A stretch of 53,016 nt of DNA, the filler included, from Catajapyx aquilonaris (Eukaryota), in NCBI GenBank assembly GCA_000934665.2. It is 2 parts of 2 records of this genome, joined end to end, with 100 filler letters (N's around TTAATTAATTAA, not from the genome) between each part and the next. Parts side by side here need not be neighbours in the genome. Positions count along the whole stretch, not along the records: positions 26,557 to 53,016 come from KZ539304.1; 1 more part is not named here. One strand, written 5' to 3'. Position 1 is the stretch's first letter. Each line of letters opens with the position of its first letter. The position numbers and the translations under genes were made by a program. This document shows positions 48,592 to 53,016 of the stretch, piece by piece. A model generated the notes under the pieces. That model ran no database searches, was not told the DNA's origin, and was given only the letters and a program-made list of their open reading frames with translations.

Positions 48592-51500
48592 CTCGTATAG
48601 TTTAATGGGAGAGAGAGGGCGGGCTCCATGCTCTTGTCGTGCACTGGAAATGGTCGGGACATAAATCCCAGAAAAATCTAGTTTTGCTGCATTCTGCTGG
48701 AGAAGAATTTAATATCAAGACACTCGCCAGTCGGTTTTTATAAGCCTGTAAGCCGCAACACAAAGGTCTCTAGTTGCTATTAAAATTACTCGCTTGCTTC
48801 TACTTCAGAAGCCCCTGAATTCGTCTGGTGGGATGCTGCCTGGCCTCGATTGGAGAAGCTCTATGCGCTAAGTCATTATTCTTGAGATCTCGCCAGTCAG
48901 ACACAAGCGGATTTATTTCCCTCGAAGGCTTTGCCTGCATTTAAAAATATTGCCACTACGCCCCGGAATAAAGTTTCTCTGGCACAATAGGCAAAGCAGT
49001 GATGTTTCCTTCCAAATCCGGGGGATTCTAGACATAACCCTAAAACGTACTATTCCAACTGTGCAGGATATTTCTCTTCCAGTGTTTCACACCCTTCCGT
49101 TTGCCTATTTTGTCACCTGGCATCCTATATATAGGAACGGTTCTCACAAGCCTTTACGAGCCTATTTAATGATATGTATGTAGGTTGTGCACTGTAAGCC
49201 GCATACTGTAAGTGCTACGCTGCAATTACTCCCTAATGTACTCAGGTGCAAGTCAACTAACCGCGTCCTCCAGCCTGTGCTACCCTGCTGTGCAATGAAA
49301 TTAGGCACACACGTAACAAACACATCATGCAGGCCTTTGAGTGATTGCAAAGCCGAGGGGTCCCTACCCTAGCACATACTCACTTCCGTATTCCGATGCA
49401 GCAGCTTCTCCTGTCCTTCTTTATCAAACATGAACTCCTGACAAATTCCCCCGCCACTGTGCGAAGGCCTGCACCTGACACCTCCCTGGCTATGAATTAC
49501 TTGAATTTTATGCTCCAACGTCCCCTGGAAAAAAAAAAAACCTCGCGAGTTGTCTTTGGAGAGAGAGAGAGCATTGCCGACGCTATCTCCCTCTGATGTT
49601 TAATGCACGCACCAACAGCTGCGAGAGTCGGGCCTAGGGGCAACGGATGATTAAGTGCCTTATGTTGTTACACATCACAGTGTGGCTTGCATTTTTGACG
49701 CGAAACCTGAGCCATCCATTTCCCACCCGAAAGTTTCGACAACCGATGCACAAACTCGCACGATTCGTTTTTCTGTCCTACAGTGTCCATTCTCAGGTCG
49801 GCCTCAAATTAGCCAGGTATTACGATACATGGTGCGACACAACATCATTTCGTGTACATATCAATAAAGCATCGGATGTTGCGGAAGGATTCCGGGCAAT
49901 CCGCGATATTTAAGATTCCATTCATCTGCCAGTGCCAACAAGAAATATTGAAAAGCATCATGTGCTGCTGAATTCCCAACAGCCTTCGACCAACCAACCG
50001 GATATATGTATAGGGTCCCGAAGAAGACTGGCTTGGCTGTTGGGCATTCCGCACTTGCCTTGCCTTGCCTTGCCTATCCCACCTCCCCTCCAGAATCTCG
50101 AGTGGTTTTGCTCAACGGGGTAAATAAGTTTGCATGCAACGCATGCAATCCATAATCCTAGCACGCAACCGTGACAAACGACCGCCATTCGGACCCGACC
50201 AACAATTTTCACGCGCTTCTGCTACCCTTATTACTGCTATTTTAATCTAGGCGGTTTGCACTACTTACATACACACCCGAAGATTTACGGCAACTCTGGG
50301 AATACCACACACTAGCCTAATTCTCGCTCCGGTTTTTTTTGCGAGTTGCTTGTTGGATTAATCCCACAAGTTGCTAGGAGGCGGCCTCCCATTTTTGCAG
50401 GCCATTCTGGTGTCTCCGGCTTACTCCATGTCAGTGGTAGCCGGTGCTTTTCTGGAGGCATCTCCTCACCCTCCTGTCTCCACGGGCCTCTCCGATTAGC
50501 GGTGGCGAGGGAAGCCGCCAAAAGGCCGGCGTCTAATCAAGACTCATTGTTCGGAACGGTGCGGAATGGCCGACCCGGGACTCAAGCTGCGAACGAACCA
50601 AGGAAAAGAGGAAAATGTGCCTGCAAAGACTCCTACGCTACGACAATGCCTGGGATCCAGTCATTAATAGCCGGCAATAAAAATCCTGGGTTGAAACTTT
50701 GATGCTGACAGCAGTGCTTGTAGCCGATGGGGTATTAGCACTCGCGACTTGTCCCACACACTGGTAGGGGCCATTCCGGTGTCACCCTCGTGTCTTTCGG
50801 ATTGCATTCTTCACGCCCACTGCAGCTGACGTGTGTCTCAGACCCCGATTCTAATCCCTTGTTGTATAAGGGGAATACACCCCACACAAAAATTGGGCTG
50901 TCGATATCCGGCTTTTAATTAATAATCCAGCCGGGATCATTAAACTTGGCCCGAGGCAAGAGGGTGTGTAATTCAAGCTATATGTACGAAGGGGGTCATT
51001 TTTCACCACTCGACTTGCAGTGTCCCCCACCCTTCCCCATTTTTTTTCTAGGGTCAAACCCAGGGCTTCCAATTTGTCCCAATGAACCTCGTTCCGCCTG
51101 ATTTAGTATTGGTCATGTCCCTTCCAGGAGGGGGAACCTCGAAATGAAAAGAAGGACACTTGTGGCGTATGTGGTGGGTGGGTGGGGGACGAAAAAGCAC
51201 CAAATTCTTTGTGACAGGCGGGCGCTCTTGGGTTAAGCTGGCATAATCACCGCTTGATCGGTTCAGTCGACAGGATTTGCCAAAATGAACAGGGGATGGG
51301 CATTTCTTGATGAACACAGAGAGGGCCTTAATTCATTGCATTGTCCCGACAGTCGTCGGGATTAGTGTCAAATTTGCCGCCAGAAAATGCTGGGTAATGG
51401 CCCGATATGAAGATTTACCTACCCTGCCCGGGGTCGCCAGAGGACACTGCTGTTTTGCTGCGCCTAAATGAGTGGCCCGACATAATTTCATTCGCCCGTA

Positions 51501-53016
51501 ATAACTCTGGATTGTTGTAACGCGCGATGATTAAGATGAATGCGCCGATTGCGGGTACGTTATCCTAATACATAATATCAACATTTCATTCTTAACGACT
51601 GGGCCCGGCCGCATTTTGAGGGGAAAACCTGTACAAATATAGCTGCGGGCTGAAGCATAAATTGCCCGGCACGCAATTAAAGTCCGGTTAAGAAGATTTT
51701 CATACCCGCTAAATTGAGACCGACATCAATCACGTGAGGAAACGGGCCCGAGCTAATTCTTCCAGCACAGAAGCATCTGTTTTGCCCATGGTTGTCTTGC
51801 AGCACCACTGTCGAACCCAAAAATCGCCCCACAGTCGCCCCCACCCTTTTTTCGGAACTTTATGGACAGAAAGAGCCTTTCAAACCGCAAATTCGGTTAG
51901 GCGCATACCATTAATTTTGTGAAGCCATCTCCCCCGAGGCCAGCCCCAGCTGTACAGTACATGAAGCATCCTAGGGGCAAATGTGCTGCACTGCTTGTCC
52001 ACAGCCACCCCCCAGCCCTGCCCCTCTTTGCAGTGTAAATGGCAACGATTTTCAGAGGGGGGTAAAAAACGTAGCTCAACACCAAAGTCCTGCTGTGGTC
52101 CAATAGTCGCCGTCATGCCTGATTCAAGACACGCCAACCCAGCAGGGCCTTTCAGGATATAAATTAATTAAGCCCTGGCTAACATAACCCGGTTTCCCCA
52201 AGGGAAATGTTCTGTGAACATAGAGATTTTTCCTTGGTTGATGCAACTAGCCCCCAAGATATCTTTCAGGTTATGTTTCGTTGCAAGAGGGTTTCGCTCC
52301 CGAATTCATTGATTATGTGATTAGTCAATCCCGACCTAAAATTATTACGAGCTCGGCAGAGTGAAAGCAGAACATCAAGGTACGCGTAATATGAGAGCGC
52401 CTCTGGTGCAGCTGCTCTGTGACTACACCTGAGATCAATCCCAAAACGCCTCCGCCATGAGGCCCGTGTGCACAAATGGTGGTTTCCCCTGCAGGCACCA
52501 ACCCTAAAGAGAGATGCGCCGCATGCATAAATTATGTGCTGACATAAGTACGTCCAACTGAGCATCGCCCTGTGCAATGTCAAAAATGAGGACTGCGAGA
52601 AAAATTGCGCAATACTGACATGTCCAAGCCTTGTCACCAGGCGAAAATCAACATTTTGCGCAATTAATCACGCGTGATTAATAGGTCAATTAAGCTTAAT
52701 CTCTCCCCTTTTAACTCGTCCAATAATTTCTAATTAGCGCTCGGAGGGGTCACTGTAAGGAAGTAATTCCCCTGCCGAAGAGAAGGACAAATGAGAATAT
52801 TATGACCGAATTAAAGCCTGCCCGGCACACTCTGACTTTTTTGTGCAAAAAGTCGAAATTCTCATTTCGCATGAAGCTGGAAAGCATCACAGACTCTCTC
52901 TCTCTCTTCTCCCTTTGATTACATACGTTATATACTGCACGGCCTTTGGGCGGGGGGTGCCCCCCCAACTCTGACGTTACGTACAGTCTAGTAGGCATGA
53001 TACGACGCCAATAACC

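Noticed and set aside
26715..49148. Five YGTGRGAA Su(H)-type sites
   Set aside because: About three are expected by chance in 26 kb, and they are neither clustered nor paired.
26557..53016. Many 60-140 aa ORFs and 9-10 nt matches to let-7, miR-124 and miR-184
   Set aside because: No recognisable domains, ORFs overlap on both strands as expected by chance, and the miRNA matches are partial without precursor hairpins.

Overview
Eukaryotic (probably arthropod/insect) genomic DNA in two near-equal blocks joined by an artificial 100-nt spacer (N44-TTAATTAATTAA-N44, 26457-26556), so the blocks may not be neighbours. Block 1 (1-26456) carries four coding exons of a + strand, divergent CAF1/POP2/CNOT7-family deadenylase gene: 8792-8985, 12957-13233, 20954-21094 and 23046-23144. 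All GT-AG phases are consistent and the DEDDh catalytic residues are intact. The first coding exon was not found and probably lies upstream of the window. The introns and flanks are packed with nested transposons: an LTR retrotransposon 5' end with a tRNA-Lys PBS, piggyBac-, hAT-, Tc1/mariner- and P-like MITEs, four LINE fragments, two tRNA-derived SINEs and Helitron-like repeats. Block 2 (26557-53016) has no recognisable protein-coding sequence and almost no recognisable repeats, and looks like a CpG-retaining, TAAT-rich intronic or intergenic regulatory region. The most notable items are the divergent Caf1 paralogue with altered partner-binding surfaces, a 45-bp TIR-only remnant resembling a P-element-type excision footprint, and two mariner fold-back elements built from opposite ends of the parent element. 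I found no clearly new multi-gene system.
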